This document shows positions 37,959 through 52,150 of a stretch of DNA of 64,000 bases, in pieces. Source of the DNA: Phoronis australis (Eukaryota > Animalia > Phoronida); contig NMRA01000045.1 in the NCBI GenBank assembly GCA_002633005.1, positions 499,627 through 563,626 of the forward strand, read 5' to 3'. The position numbers and the translations under genes were made by a program. The notes under the pieces are model-generated. The model was given only the letters and a program-made list of their open reading frames with translations. It was not told the DNA's origin and ran no database searches. The stretch's first letter is position 1. Every line of letters begins with the position of its first letter.

Positions 37959-39612
37959 CAGTAAACGTTCTGGTTAACACTCATGTTCATTTAATCGCCC
38001 ATCCCCTACTTTAGGTGGATTTTCGATTTAACCGCCAACTGCTCGGTTAACTGCGTGTCTGCGATTTTTGAAGGTTTCCAGTTAAGCGCCCACCTCTCGG
38101 TTAAGCGCCCATCCCCGGCTTTTGAAGATTGATGATTACGCACCCAGTGTCAAGGAAACGCGCGATTACCCATTTTTAGATAAAAATTGATGATAACAAA
38201 GAGTGCAACGGCAGTGTTGGAGAAGGTGGTTTGGCAATGCGAATTATAATACAAGTAACAAATTATTGTCCCGAGTCATGGATTTGCTTCAAAATGTAAT
38301 ATGTTGAACGCTTTGTCACTATTTTCTTCTCATGCTCGCAAATTTAAGTTAAGAGCCACGCCCGCATCAGTTACCTCCACTTTCAGCCAGGCTGTCTGCC
38401 CCACTGTGTTTCCGACTGCAGTGCACTAAATAAAACATATATTCGAAATAATCAGGCCAGAGAAATGCCGTAACAGTGGTTTTGCCAACCCTCTCAATGA
38501 GCTTTAAGTTGGAAGCTCTCGGAGTTTCAAGAATTCCCATAACTCACGAAAAGGTGTCAAATTCTCCCTATCTTGATAAATGTATCAAGGATGTCTGTCT
38601 TTCGAGTACTGGTAAGGACGCGTTGCCGGTTAGATCTCGTCATTAGTTGCATAGCAAACCAGAGGTACCGATTATCGAAATAATTGGGCTTTATCTACAA
38701 ATTATTTCACTGACGACGTGCGTGTAGGAACTAATTTTCCCTCGGACTCCAGTCAAAGTCATTAGTATTTCTTAAAAATAAAATCTTAAGCAAATACTTG
38801 TTCTTGAGTAATGCCGTTGCAGTAACCATGTTTTGATTGACAACTGCCTCATGTCCGCTTGTCTCCGATTTTTGTCGTCATTGCGTACCGTAGGATGTTT
38901 TACCTTACGGGATTAGTGAGCGGCGCCGGGATAAGACAGCCACATGTAAACCATATGTTAACAATTCATTAAGTCACGGAGTCTCGAACATGAGAATCGC
39001 AAGCCCCCAAAACAAATCTGAATTATATTACAACTAATTTTAAAACTGCTCTTTGGCTCAGAACTTGATCTATGCTGGGACCTCTGCAACATGTGAAGCT
39101 TGCATGCGCGCACTAATCAAACAGGAAAAATGGGTTAGCACGTGACCACAACTGGGTTAAATTGACAACGCAGCTACCGCCTGCTACGCAGGTGAACATG
39201 TTCATGCGAAGTATAGTGAAATGAAGAGTAGAATTCGCAGTACCGGTAATCGTTCTTATCTGAGGCGCTGAATTCTGCAGCACGCTCTCTGTGCAAACGT
39301 TTGGAATTAGACCACAGTCCACAAATTCGAAACTGTGAGTTAGTTAGAGTAGGCAGGGTCGGCATTTCGTGACGATAAAGCTGTTTGCAAAGTGTTACGC
39401 GTTCCCGGACTATGTTGGGGACTCAGATCATGAGGTAAGATTAACCGCCCAGGGCAGTTGTCTGTCGTAATAAGCGCCCATGTTCAGTTAACCGTCCACC
39501 CGCGAGTTCTTGAAATTTCATGTTTAAGTGCCCATGTCTGGTTAACCGCCCACCCCCGAATTTTTGGGTTTGCCAATTTAACCGCCCAGGGTGTTAACCC
39601 TAACATTTACGA
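37959..39612. mobile_element. 1.65-kb non-autonomous pogo/Tc2-like DNA transposon, TA TSD
   Basis: Left TA|CAGTAAACGTTCTGGTTAACAC; right reverse-complemented TA|TCGTAAATGTTAGGGTTAACAC. Clusters of TTAA(G/C)CGCCCA motifs near both ends. No long ORF. Confidence 0.8.
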
Positions 39613-41897
39613 TAGTTAGTTTCTTATGCGCGGTGGAAAGCATTTGGAAAAATTTGAAATAATTACAGTCGGGCAGCTACACCAGACTTGTGCCCAATTC
39701 CCTCCTAGTCTCTAAATGCTGATTCTGAGCTGGCTCCAACGAACACGCAGTTACTTCACACATCTCTGAGGGTACTAGTACACCTTCGCTCTACTTCATT
39801 GTCGTCAAATTCCTTGTCATAGCTTTCACCAGACAAATCACACGTTTCACTTTTCATTTTTCATGGAAAAATTGGACATATCCTCCATTGTTGGCTTGTG
39901 ATAAACTGATGAACAATGCTCATGTCCATTGGGAGACGTGAGATTTTGATTATGAAAAAAGGTTATTTAGCTGTATGCAAGTATGTTGGGTATTGTACAG
40001 TTACAAGTTGCAATGAATGACAAATTCAAAGTACCGTAGGCATGTGTCAATTCAGACATAATTACTTTTCATAACACCAAAAACCCATATGCTTTGTTTG
40101 TGATTGGTCTATCTTTGTGATGCATTATTTTTGTGTCAAGTCCAGTGTTATGTTAAGATAGCTGTTCTCCTTGCCCTGTTCAGCTGTTCACTAAAAATGT
40201 TTTTTGGGGGGCTGAAATGATTCAGAAGTTTGTATTTGTTCCTTATTACTTTTTCTTTTGTTCGGTTCGATGCTGAAAATCAGGCGGAATAAGTAACATG
40301 ACGCTTGTTATTTGTATTCATTGTATAGAAATTAGTTGGCAAATGTACCAATTGCTGAAAAAAACTTACGATCACATTCATTCATAGCACAGGAAATGAG
40401 AAAAAGGAGATATGCGTAACGGCACTATAATTTGTAAACAAGTTTCTGTAGTCGATTTGCAACGCTGAACACCGAAAGACTAAGTTCATACAGTGCTGGT
40501 ACTTTCAAACTTGGAACAACCTTGGAATCTCTTGAACATATTTTAAGTTTAACATTTAAAAATGTTAAACTTTGACTGGAGGATAATAACGACAACATTA
40601 TGGCATGATCTTCTCGCATAAGATCAACAACAGGTGCTTGCTGCAGTTCTGCATGGATGGTGGAGCACCATGCTATATCTTGTGAGCAGTTTTACCCATG
40701 AAATCATCTCATGTTCACCATGCTTCAAACATTGTATTTGTAGCAACAAGTCTTTTTGGTAAAATTTCATCAATTTAAAACACAAAGTATGACCGAGAAG
40801 TGGAGTTTTATCAACGTCATTTTCTACATGAAAGATATATCACATCAAATTATTAGCATCGCTTTCTATTTCTGTACAATAGCCAAAATCTGTCAACGTT
40901 TTGAGAAATTCTGTGCTTAAACAACAAAGTTAGAAGCCTTTTAAAATCAAAAATGGGCGGATTTTAGCAATTTGTCCAAAACTGGTGTGTTGCACGCCTT
41001 CTTGAAAAACGTTGCTTCATTCTTGAACAGGCAAATAATCTCCTTATGAATTGGGCTTGCAATTGAGATTTTAATATTATTTATTTGTGGCACCAAGTCC
41101 TTTGCTGGTATGAAAATGCATCTGAGTGATTGTCATCGTTATTAACATTCCACTATTTGATTTGTTTTTACTGTCTCAGTATCTGCTGAAAGATTTCTTA
41201 AAATTTAGTAGCAGTTCAAAATTTTGGATTTATGGATTTGCCATTAAGCTCTCTAGTTTTACCCTATGTTGTTTTCATTGTCTGCCGTAATTTTATGGCT
41301 GACAAATCTTAACTAAGACAATTTTATTGCATGATATTAGGTATCCATGACAACCAAGTGCATCTTTAATGGTAATCTAAATAGGTTTGTAGTCATCGAT
41401 TTATGTTTACTAATTCTTTATTGTTCTTTTAATGGCAATCTAGTTTCGACGTTGGTATTTCTGTGATGGTTCACTTTCTGTTCAAGGGTATTTTTTCTAC
41501 TTTTTCGGTACACATAGAACTGAAAACTAAATTCAGCCAACCGTTGGTCATTTTGACCTCATTGTAAATTGCATGGAGTTTAAAAGTAGAGCAATGGTTT
41601 TCACTGTGTTTAGCTGTCATGTTAACATATTTCAAGTTCTTTACTGAACAGTCAAAACCAACAGCTGAACTGTACTTTTGAATGGAATTCCCTGGACGCC
41701 ATTTTTCAATTTCAGGGTTGGCCAACCCAAAATAAAATCTCTGGTGTTTGATTCATTTGATGACCTGTTGATTGTGTATTCTCTTTGGCAACACAAAACA
41801 TTTAGTCTGTTTTTAGCCAACTCGGAGAAGACGAAATGCAGCTTTAAGTGATACAAACACAGACTCTGAATGATGATCCTTTATTTATAGTACTAGC

Positions 41898-42206
41898 CAG
41901 TGGCGGACCTAGGATACCATAGGGGGGGGCCCAACATGTTGCCTCAGGGAACTGGGCAAAGCTCGACTGTACGTGCACAGGCGGCTCGAAAAATTGCCGG
42001 GCCGAGGATGTTCAAAAATCTATCGGTGGACTAAAAGAAAAGAAATGGGATCGCGATTTCCACTGGGATCTGAGCCCCCAGGTGTTCCACTGCCGGTCCT
42101 ACTTACTGTGCTGAGCTCTTTTTCTGCACACGTCACACTGTTGCTGTTTCATTTTGCTTGCGGCAGCCAAGGGGGGGCCTGACCCTCCCCCCTAAATCCG
42201 CCTATG
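41898..42206. mobile_element. 309-bp MITE (CAGTGGCGGA...TCCGCCTATG)
   Basis: Imperfect TIRs CAGTGGCGGACCTAGG / CATAGGCGGATTTAGG. Left flank CTAGC (41893-41897). Right flank is CTAGT here and CTAGC in the duplicate haplotype (44188-44192), suggesting a 5-bp TSD. Confidence 0.7.
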
Positions 42207-45200
42207 CTAGTTGAATGTTGAAATAGCCACATCATATTGAAATTCCATATCCTGCCAGGTGGTGATCAGGTGTTTGGTGGACAGGTAGTCAGGGCCACCT
42301 ATAGATTCCATGTAATGCTGACATGTTCCTACCTACTGGTATAAACATTGTTTTAACACATTTGGTGCTATTATAATGCCAGCCAATTTTCACTGCTGTG
42401 CGATGGGATGTACTATTGCCTGCGTATGGAAAAGAGGTAATTAAAACCTTTTGAAACATCAATGGATGAACGAGGACATTGTGTTCCATACATGTCCAAC
42501 TGTGAGGAAGAATCTCCGACAGCTGATAAAGCGGGAGAATTTGGATCGCAGCCGATGCCAATAAGGTGAAATAAATTAGTGAACTTTAACTGATCAAACA
42601 AAAGAGCGTCTGACATTAGAATTTATTCCTCTGCTAGTAAATAAATGAACCACCAGTAGTAACTGAATTGATGTCTGCCAAATTTGTGTTGGGATCAAGC
42701 GGACGTCAATGTCATGCTCTCACCAGTCTAGAGATTGCCAATAATGAATATGAAAAGTCTCCTAATGTAAGTTATGAAGGCTTTACACTTAGCACAACCT
42801 GAACTCACCAAGTGCGACCTGGACAGATTCTCTGGTCCCCAAATGAGAGCTGAGGTCGACAAACCCTGTTGGCAAGAGCTGAAAATGAAGTGAAAAGTCA
42901 GTGAACTAAGTTTGCGCGAGAGGCATTTTTGGCTTGAATGGAAAATAAGGAGTATTCCGAGATGCTTTTAAAGTTCCCTGCCCCTCCGTTTCTTAGCATT
43001 CCAATATTCTGCATACGGCCTCCCATCCTAACACAGATGATCAGGCCTTACAATTTTTGCCGAACGATTCTGACTGCTGTTCGTTTCCTCTCTGTAGTAT
43101 TTTGAGTACGAACTTGGATGTGGCGTGGTGGCCGACATTTTTTTAAAAATTTTCTATCCTTTTTGTACATTGACCCTCAACTCATTTTGCTCATCCACCT
43201 CTTGATAAAATTAGTTATTCAACTTTGTGGTATGGTAATGAGGAGAGTGGTTACCATATAATGGCCCTGTGTTCCAACTGAAAAACTGCCACAAGACATC
43301 CTTGGATTTCTCAAGGCCTTACTTAAAGGACAAAGAAATAGTATGTCTGTTCTTAGAATTCTGCTGTTGGCATTACCATGGATCTTGAAGGAAACGTCGT
43401 AGGTGCATTTTATTAAGTGGGAAATCTCATTCTAAGACCCCATAAGTGATATGTGGTACTTGTTTTAATGCAAACTGATTGGTCTCTTGAGATTAAGAAT
43501 AAAACTTGAACGAATTACACCAGGCCAAATGCAAACCATGTCTTTTGTGGAGTAGCCATGTCTACGTCCGCATTGTACATTGTGAGAGTTGTAAAAAGTA
43601 ACCGAAAGCATTCATAGCGTAAATCGGATTTGTACTTACTTTTTCAGTATGTGAGCTCCTTTCAAGATTGCAGAAATAGTAATGATGGGTAATAGACCAG
43701 AATTATTGTTGAAACCACAAGAATGTTTCTTTACTGTCTTGAAATCCCTGATAAGTGATTATTGAATGGTCTCAGACTTGACATTTTCGTAGCTTTGTCA
43801 ACTGATTGTGTGTCTCTCTCTGATGGAAGGATCTAGAATGCTTGGAGATTAGTGATTGATGGATTGGAAAATTCATTGATTAATGAGATTAATCAAATTT
43901 GCCTCANATGTTGCCTCAGGGAACCGGGCAAAGCTCGGCTGTACGTGCATAGGCAGCCCGAAAGATTGCCGGGCCAAGGATGTGGACCTTCTGTTCCGAA
44001 AATCTATCGGTGGACTAAAAAAAAGAAATGGGATCGCGATTTCCGTTGGGATCTGAGCCCCCAGGTGTTCCGCTGCCGGTTCTACTTACTGTGCTGAGCT
44101 CTTTTTCTTCACACTTCACACTGTTGCTGTTTCATTTTGCTTGCGGCAGCCAAGGAGGGGGCCTGCTCCCCCCTAAATCCACCTATGCTAGCTGAATGTT
44201 AAAATAGCCGCATCATATTGAAATTCCATATCCTGCCAGGTGGTGATCAGGTGTTTGGTGGACAGGTAGTCAGGGCCACCTATAGATTCCATGTAATGCT
44301 GACAGGTTCTTACCTACTGGTATAAACATTGTTTAACACGTTTGCTGCTATTATAATGCCAGCCAATTTTCACTGCTGTGCGGTGAGATGTACTATTGCC
44401 TTATGGAAAAGAGGTAAACCTTTTGAAATATCAATGGATGAATGAGGACATCGTGTTCCTTACATGTCCAACTGTGAGGAAGAATCTGCGGCAGCTGATA
44501 AAGCGGGAGAATTTGGATCGCAGCCGATGCCAATAAGGTGAAATAAATTAGTGAACTTTAACTGATCAAACAAAAGAACGTCTGACATTAGAATTTATTC
44601 CTCTGCTTGTAAATAAATGAACCACTATGTAGTAACTGAATTTATGTCTGCCAAATTTGTGTTGGGATCAAGCGGAAGTCAATGTCATGCTCTCACCAGT
44701 TTAGAGAGTGCCAATAATGAATATGAAAAGTCTCTTAATGTAAGTTATGAAGGCTTTACACTTAGCACAACCTGAACTCACCAAGTGCGACCTGGACAGA
44801 TTCCCTGGTCGCCAAATGAGAGCTGAGGTCGACAAACCCTGTTGGCAAGAGTCAAAAATGAAGTGAAAAGTCAGTGAACTAAGTTTGCGCGAGAGGCATT
44901 TTTGGCTTGAATGGAAAATAAGGAGTATTCCGAGATGACTAAGTTCCCTGCCCCTCCGTTTCTTCTTAGCATTCCAATATTCTGCATACGGCCTCCCATC
45001 CTAACACAGATGATCAGGCCTTACAATTTTTGCCGAACGATTCTGACTGCTGCCCGTTTCCTCTCTCTAGTATTTTGAGTACAAGCTTGGATGTGACGTG
45101 GTGGCCGACAATTTTTTTTTAATTTTCTATCCTCTTTGTACATTGACCCTCAACTCATTTTGCTCACCCACCTCTTGATAAAATTAGTTATTCAACTTTA

Positions 45201-45879
45201 TGGTATGGTAATGAGGAGAGCGGTTACCATATAATGGCCATGTGTTCCAACTGAAAAACTGCCACAAGACATCCTTGGATTTCTCAAGGCCTTACTTAAA
45301 GGACAAAGAAATAGTGTGTCCATTCTTAGAATTCTGCTGTTGGCATTAACATGGATCTTGAAGGAAACGTCGTAGGTGCATTGGATTAAGTGGGAAATCT
45401 CATTCTAAGACCCCATAAGTGATATGTGGTACTTGTTCTAATGCAAACTGATTGGTCTCTTGAGATTAAGAATAAAACTTGAACAAATTACACCAGGCCA
45501 AATGCAAACCCTGTCTTTTGTCGAGTAGCCATGTCCACGTCCGTAATATACATTGTGAGAGTGGTAAAGAATAACCGAAGGCATTCATATCGTAGATCGG
45601 ATTTGTACTTACTTTTTCAGTATGTGAGCTCCTTTCAAGATTGCAGAAATAGTAATGATGGGTAATAGACCAGAATTATTGCTGAAACCACAAGAATGTT
45701 TCTTTACTGTCTTGAAATCCCTGATAAGTGATTATTGAATGGTCTCAGACTTGACATTTTCGTAGCTTTGTCAACTGATTGTGTGTCTCTCTCTGATGGA
45801 AGGATCTAGAATGCTTGGAGATTAGTGATTGATGGATTGGAAAATTCATTGATTAATGAGATTAATCAAATTTGCCTCA
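41936..45879. other. Probable assembly artefact: ~1.97-kb allelic overlap joined by a single n (43907)
   Basis: 41936-43906 and 43908-45879 are colinear with scattered SNPs and small indels and abut exactly at the n. The second copy begins inside a MITE. Confidence 0.85.
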
Positions 45880-46011
45880 CACCAAGTGTTTGTGGAATTG
45901 CTCATTGTCATTGCCATATGAACATCACTTATTGAAGTTGAAGTTCTTTAAGAATGAAAGTAGTTTGCGTGACTTCATTAGGAAGAACAGCCTGACCTCA
46001 TCATTTGAGTA

Positions 46012-46036
46012 CTTAGCAACAGGTTGCCACGGAAAC
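46012..46036. promoter_or_regulatory. RFX X-box-like motif
   Basis: GTTGCCACGGAAAC (46023-46036) versus consensus GTTGCCATGGCAAC, with an adjacent CTTAGCAAC half-site. Motif match only. Confidence 0.3.
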
Positions 46037-46813
46037 GAGCATAACTGAGATAAACTGGGAAACTGTGCAGAAGGGGTAATTTTCACCACCAGTTTAAGTT
46101 ATGTTTCCTCACCTCCTGAATCATGTTTAAGTGAAAATGTAACAGTCCCAAGGAGGGGAGGGAGCGTGGGTTGATACAGTGATACAGCTGGAATGAGACA
46201 TAACAGTGTTTACAGTTTCTGCTGTTTATTTGACAAACCACAGGAACAAAAACACCCATGTCAATGTGACAGATTGCAGCCTTTCTCCCTGGTTACTACA
46301 TGAAAACTTAACTGAAAAGCATTCCTCAACAGGTCTTGCATAAATCAATGATACAAGCAGAAAGAGTTGCAACTTTGTCAAATGTCCTTATTGAAATCCC
46401 ATGACCTACAAATCTATTAACTGATCCCTGGATCATTAACATAATAGCAACTGTCACTGTGCACAAATAAAAGGACAAAATTATTACATAACAAAACACA
46501 AGCCTGAATCAGAAACTCCTCACTAGGTCCCAAACTTGAGTCACAGTAAGCCTGCACCATACAAGAGATCGAATCTTGATAAGTAAAAGAACGTCTTTTA
46601 TATAAATTTTCTAAAAGTACGAAAACTTCAATAATATAATTGAATAACACAAACTTTCACAAAAATCAGATGGTTAAAGTGCTTAAAATCATCAATTAAA
46701 TTGAAATGCCAAGAAACAACCTCACCAGTGGATCAGCTGTAAGTCGATCAGCTGTCACATTTAGCTCACAGGCAAACTTTATCTAATGATATGTTAGTTA
46801 GCTGATCTGGAGT

Positions 46814-47122
46814 TAGGAGCATGTGGTGGACATTTACTACGAGCATGTATTGGTGGACACTTACTACGAGCATGTATTGGTTGACACTTACTACGAGCAT
46901 GTATTGGTTGACACTCACTAGGAGCATGTATTGGTTGACACTTACTACGAGCATGTATTGGTTGACACTCACTACGAGCATGTATTGGTTGACACTCACT
47001 ACAAGCATGAATTGTATTGGTTGACACTTACTATGAGCATGTATTGGTTAACACTTACTACGAGCATGTATTGGTTGACACTCACTAGGAGCATGTATTG
47101 GTTGACACTCACTAGGAGCATG
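46814..47122. repeat. 27-bp minisatellite, ~11 copies
   Basis: Unit GAGCATGTATTGGTTGACACT(T/C)ACTA(C/G); explains the 9-aa periodic ORFs on both strands. Confidence 0.95.
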
Positions 47123-50100
47123 AGAATTCCAGAGATTTTGTAGATTTCATTTACTTTTTTAGTTAACATCAATGTGTATTATCTTACTCAGATCTGGTCA
47201 GATTATCTCCACATGCAGTATTTTCGGATGAAAACAGTATGTATTATGTTGTAATATCGGGCGTCAAAAGCAATGCTTAGCAACCATTTTTACTTTGTGA
47301 TTTGTTTCCTGTGCTTCCCTTTCTCATAAATTGTCTCTTTATCGAACTAGTTTTGAAGGGACACGCGAAATGTCATCGATTTTCAGGACATGTATGGACA
47401 GTTCTCAAGCTGAGGCGGCTAGTTTACGAGACGATCTCATCACCTGGTGACTCGATAAGATTCCTGATATTGTTTGATATCATTACCATACATCAGCTTC
47501 AAGAGAGTGTATCAATCACAAAGCAGGCGTGAGTTATTGTCTTAATGTGAATTTTATTCTTTAATTATGTCCAGGCTGACACTTAAGTGTAAGTTGCGCG
47601 TGTAGATAACAACAGCCTCAGTCCAGCAGACAATTCCGTAAGTGGTGTCGACAAAGTGGAGCTATGAAGGTGTAAATCAATCTATGCGTGTCTTTCTTGT
47701 AGTGAAGGTAAAGTGTAAGCAAAACGAGTTCCCGCTTCATCACACCGCCTTTGTTTGGATCAGCTGTAAATCTACTCAACACTCAATTTTTTCATTTGTC
47801 ATTTTCTAGTACATCGTAATCATCCCAACGTGGCTGACTTGTGAAGTTGACGTTCTAGTTTCCATCTGGGGAGAGAGAGAGGTCCTTGCCGTTTTTGATG
47901 GCAAGCACTGACAAAAACAGCAAAGCATATGACCAAAGGTCATATTGGCCACGCGCTTTGCAATAACTTCCGCTGAATATTAATTCTGAAACTGATGGGA
48001 ACATTTACGCTTTACTTCGTGGTTAACCGGAGTTAACAATTGAAGCTTTGGTAGTAGCGATGTTAACTGCATGGGAAGTTGCCTTAAAAGACCACTTGTA
48101 TTTAGAGATCACTCCTTATATGTGAACCTCAATACACTCGCGTCTACTATCTTTTACATGTTGGGGCTGAAAATCTGTAGTATTGCCTGCCTGAAGTTTA
48201 ACCTCCCAAATTTGCTGTGTCCTCAAATTGGGTGATTTGTAGGTGTCTTTGGGAGGACTTCATTTCGATTAGGCTCTGTTCTCGGTTAAGTCTTAACATG
48301 CAAATCACTGAACACATTAGAAGAAGATTGGTGCAGTCTTCAATATTAGAATTCTGGGATGAGAAATTTTTTTCCTTCAGCTAAAAGTTCAACATTTGGG
48401 CTGTTCACTGGCAAACGCTCAGAGTGATTGCTGATCAGTTTATTTGGTGTGTTACAAATTGTTAGAGCTTGGGATGGCTTATTTAAACTTACATAAACTG
48501 GCAAACTTCATACAATTACAATAGAGATGCTGTGTGCGTCTGTAACCAAGATGATGAAGTTGTTGCTGATGTGACGTCCCCCTCTGTTAATTGTTTTTGC
48601 TGGGATTGCGTCAACGTGATCATTTGGCAATATCGAGCTAATTTTGCATCTGGTTTTATGATGTCTCCCTCCTCCGCATAGTTAGGTCATGTATGGAGTG
48701 CTTGAATTGTTTCCTTAATAAACATCTAGCAATTGACTTTTTGTCTATGTAAACAGAGCCAGTGTTCTGTGTTTAAAGCCAGACTCCACATGTTGAACAT
48801 TAAAAAAGGTAGAACTTGGGAAGCTATAGTCAAAGATGAACCTCTAAGATGAACGAACAAGTGAAGGCAAACACCTCGCTTTTTGCATTACTTGCTCTTT
48901 ATAAAGCTTTCCTCGGTTTCAACACCATTGTTGTACGGTAGTTGGCAATGCAAGCTTTCACTTTCTGGCCAGTCAGGTATTTTGATATAAAAGATTAGAT
49001 ATCTACGGTAGATTTACATTAATATTAGAACCCATGTAGTGGTCTTCTGATAAAATGGCATTTGACAGCATATAGTACCATGTTTTACTTTCATTTTAAT
49101 AGAGACATTCGAAGAAAAGCCTCTTGTGTTAGTTGCTAGATATCGGTTATCTAGTCTCATGCAAGATAGTTATTTTTGATCGCCTGTTTATCAAAGAGGC
49201 ATGAAATGCGAAAACGCATAAAAATACCTACTTCTTGGGGATGCCAATGTGAGAGTAATCCACTTTGAATATTGCAAAGCTTTTTAGAAAAAATCATCAC
49301 ATTCATTATTTTTGAAATACAGACGAAATAAAATTTTTCTTTCCAATACAGTTTCAGATTCTTCGCCCAACTAATTATATAATTTGTATTTCCACGACAA
49401 AGCCTGAACTATGTTACCAGGGCTGCGCTCCATAGATGCAAGAACATTGCGATTAAAGCTGGTGTGGTCACGTGCTTCGCTTGCATTGCATGAACATATA
49501 ATGCAAAGTCTTCTGTGATCTTGCCTTTTTGGCACAGCGATGTAGTTTGGTGTATGATTTTAAGTTTAAAAATGGCACCACCTGATCACCATTGGTGGTC
49601 GAAAATGCAGAATTGTGGATAAATACTGTGAACAGATTAAGCTAAAAAGCATATTCTAATTTGTTCAGTTCTCCGTCTTTTTAAATCTGGTCGCATTACC
49701 TTTTGGTTCATTGGGCGTTTTACCTAACACAGGCAGCATTTTATTTTGGAAATTTTAGGCTGAATTGTGTTCCACAAGGATTCTTTCACTGCTACGTATC
49801 TGTTGATTCTTATTATTGATATGTTACCTGTCTTGATGTCGTTCACTCCCCCATTCACCACTAGCACCCCTCAAATTTGTGTCACCACTTTTATGGCTAA
49901 CCCTCCGCCTAGGGCCTTGACAATGCCACTGGTAGTAAAAGAGAGTCAACTTTAAGCCAGAAATTACCATCATTACTTTTTGCAATGAATGGGCCCCCTG
50001 AGTTGCCACTGTTTGTGAAGCTCTCATGAATGTGAAACCTTTTCATGGAGCACAAGAAAGCCTGGAAGACTTACAGTCTCAAATGATTAAACCAAAGATC

Positions 50101-50729
50101 TGTTAACATGGCTTTAGCAAATTTTAATCTCAATTTGCCTACTGTTTTATGTGTAAATCATGTGGATTTGCTTTACATTATTTTCACATGATTCGTCCAT
50201 GGTTATGCATAGATGTGTCTCTTTTAAGACCCTTTCAAACCAGCATTAAGCTTAAGTAGCATTGATATAAACTCAGTGAAGTACAGTTGAATCTTTCACG
50301 CTGGCTTCAGTAGTTAACTGATACCGAAGTTATCATCACTTCATGTTTGGGTCATCGAAGTTATCGTGTGATGGCACTGGTCAAACGTGTTTATTAAAAT
50401 GAAAGGATTATTAAAGTGCTTATAGTCGTAGAATGGTGAATACTTTATGATTTCAAATTAAAATGCAACACCTGTCGTTATTGACTGTGGCACCTGCTGG
50501 TCTTTCCGGTGACACCAAAGCTAACTTTTCACATTGTTTCTAAGTGTCATTGTACTTCAGTGTTAAATCTGCCTGTTTACTGCCAACCGAAGTTGCATTT
50601 TGCCCCTGTTTAGCTGTCAGTGTTGAATTTTGAAGCGAAGCGTTTTGGGGTTTAAAAACATTACCATGCCGATCCGATCTTGACTTCCTGACCAATGAGT
50701 CAGCAACTTGAGTCTCAAGCATCTTTTTG

Positions 50730-52150
50730 AATGACCTACAATTTTGAAAATTTTTCTTTAATTGCTTTTAATTGCTTATGGTCCACCCCTCGTACCAACC
50801 AAACCGCTCAAAGAATGATTGTGAAAATTGGCGTGTATGTTCTTACTAGGAAGTGGACAGTTGACGATAATTTTCTGACGACTTTGACTACTGTGGCACC
50901 TCCTAGTGGCAGTTTTGTAAGCCTATGGCTGTATCCCCTAAACCATTCATAGGATCTTTACTAAATTTGGTAAGTGTATTGATATAATGTTAACAACAGA
51001 GGACGACGACTTTCAGACGGATCTGACTACTGATATGCCACCTAGTTGCAATTTTATTTTTTTTACGTTTACCTCTGTTTGTTCCAAGGTCTTCAACGTA
51101 TTTTTATAAAATTTGGCATACAGGCATCTGTTAATGAGGTGACGCTATCTCTTCGTTTTCAGATGGATTCGACCTAGTTTGCGCCACCTATTGGCCATTT
51201 TTACTGATTTCGAATCTGTTTTTTGGCGTCCACTCTACTATCAACCAAACGGCTTTCAGGATAATTGTGGAAATTTGCATGTATGTTTTTATTATGAAGT
51301 GGATGGCTGACGATGATTTTCCGACGAGTTCAACTACTGTGGCACCTCCTAGTGGCAGTTTTGTTGTTTTTGCGCTCATGGCTGTATCTATTAAACCTTT
51401 TGCAGGATCTTTACTTAATTTAGCAAGTGTATTTTTGTGATGTTTACAATGGACGACAACGACTTTCAGATGGATCTGACTTCTGGTGTGCCCCCTAGTG
51501 GCAATTTTAGTTTTTTATGTTTACCAGTCTATATCTTCAAAGGTCCTCAACAGATTTTCATAAAATTTTGATTATAGGCATTTTTTGTTGAGATGACACT
51601 ACCATCCTGTTTTTGGATGGAATCGAGGTATTTTGCACCACCTGGTGGCCATTTTTGCTGTTTTCACATCTTGGTTTTGACGTCCACCCCTCGATCAACC
51701 AAATCATTCTAGGGATGGTTTTGAAAATTGGCGTACATGTTTTTAGTGGGAAAAGGACGTTTGATGATGGTGACTGACTACTGTGGCACCTCCTAGTGGT
51801 AGTTTTGTTTTGTTTTGCGTCCACAGCTGTATCTTCAAAACCCACTACAGAATCTTTATTAAATTTATTTAGTAAGTGAATTTATATGAAGATAACAGAC
51901 GACGACTTTCAGGCGGATGGAATGGACGCTGTGCCCACAAGTGGCAATTTCATTTTGTTCTGTTTTCCTTTGTTTCTCTGATATTTCTTGACTGGTTTTT
52001 ATGAAATGTGGCATGTTCCCGTTTTTGGATGGATTGTACGTTTTTGCACCATCTAGTGGCCATTTTTATGATACAAATAACTCTAAAAGCACACCATTTG
52101 TGATACATTCATGGGCGCAGCGCATTTCAACGCTCCGCGTTGCTCTTGTT
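50730..52150 (+). mobile_element. Helentron-associated (HINE-like) element with an internal ~150-bp tandem array
   Basis: 3' hairpin CAACGC-TCC-GCGTTG followed by CTCTTGTT (52128-52150). Nine diverged ~150-bp units, each with an AAATT(T)GG-like block and a GC(A/G)CC(A/C)CCTAGTGGC-like motif. Higher-order period ~450 bp. 5' boundary uncertain. Confidence 0.7.

Noticed and set aside
46814-47122. CRISPR-like array or repeat-protein ORFs
   Set aside because: The 27-bp units are head-to-tail with no unique spacers in a eukaryotic context; the ORFs are just translations of the minisatellite.
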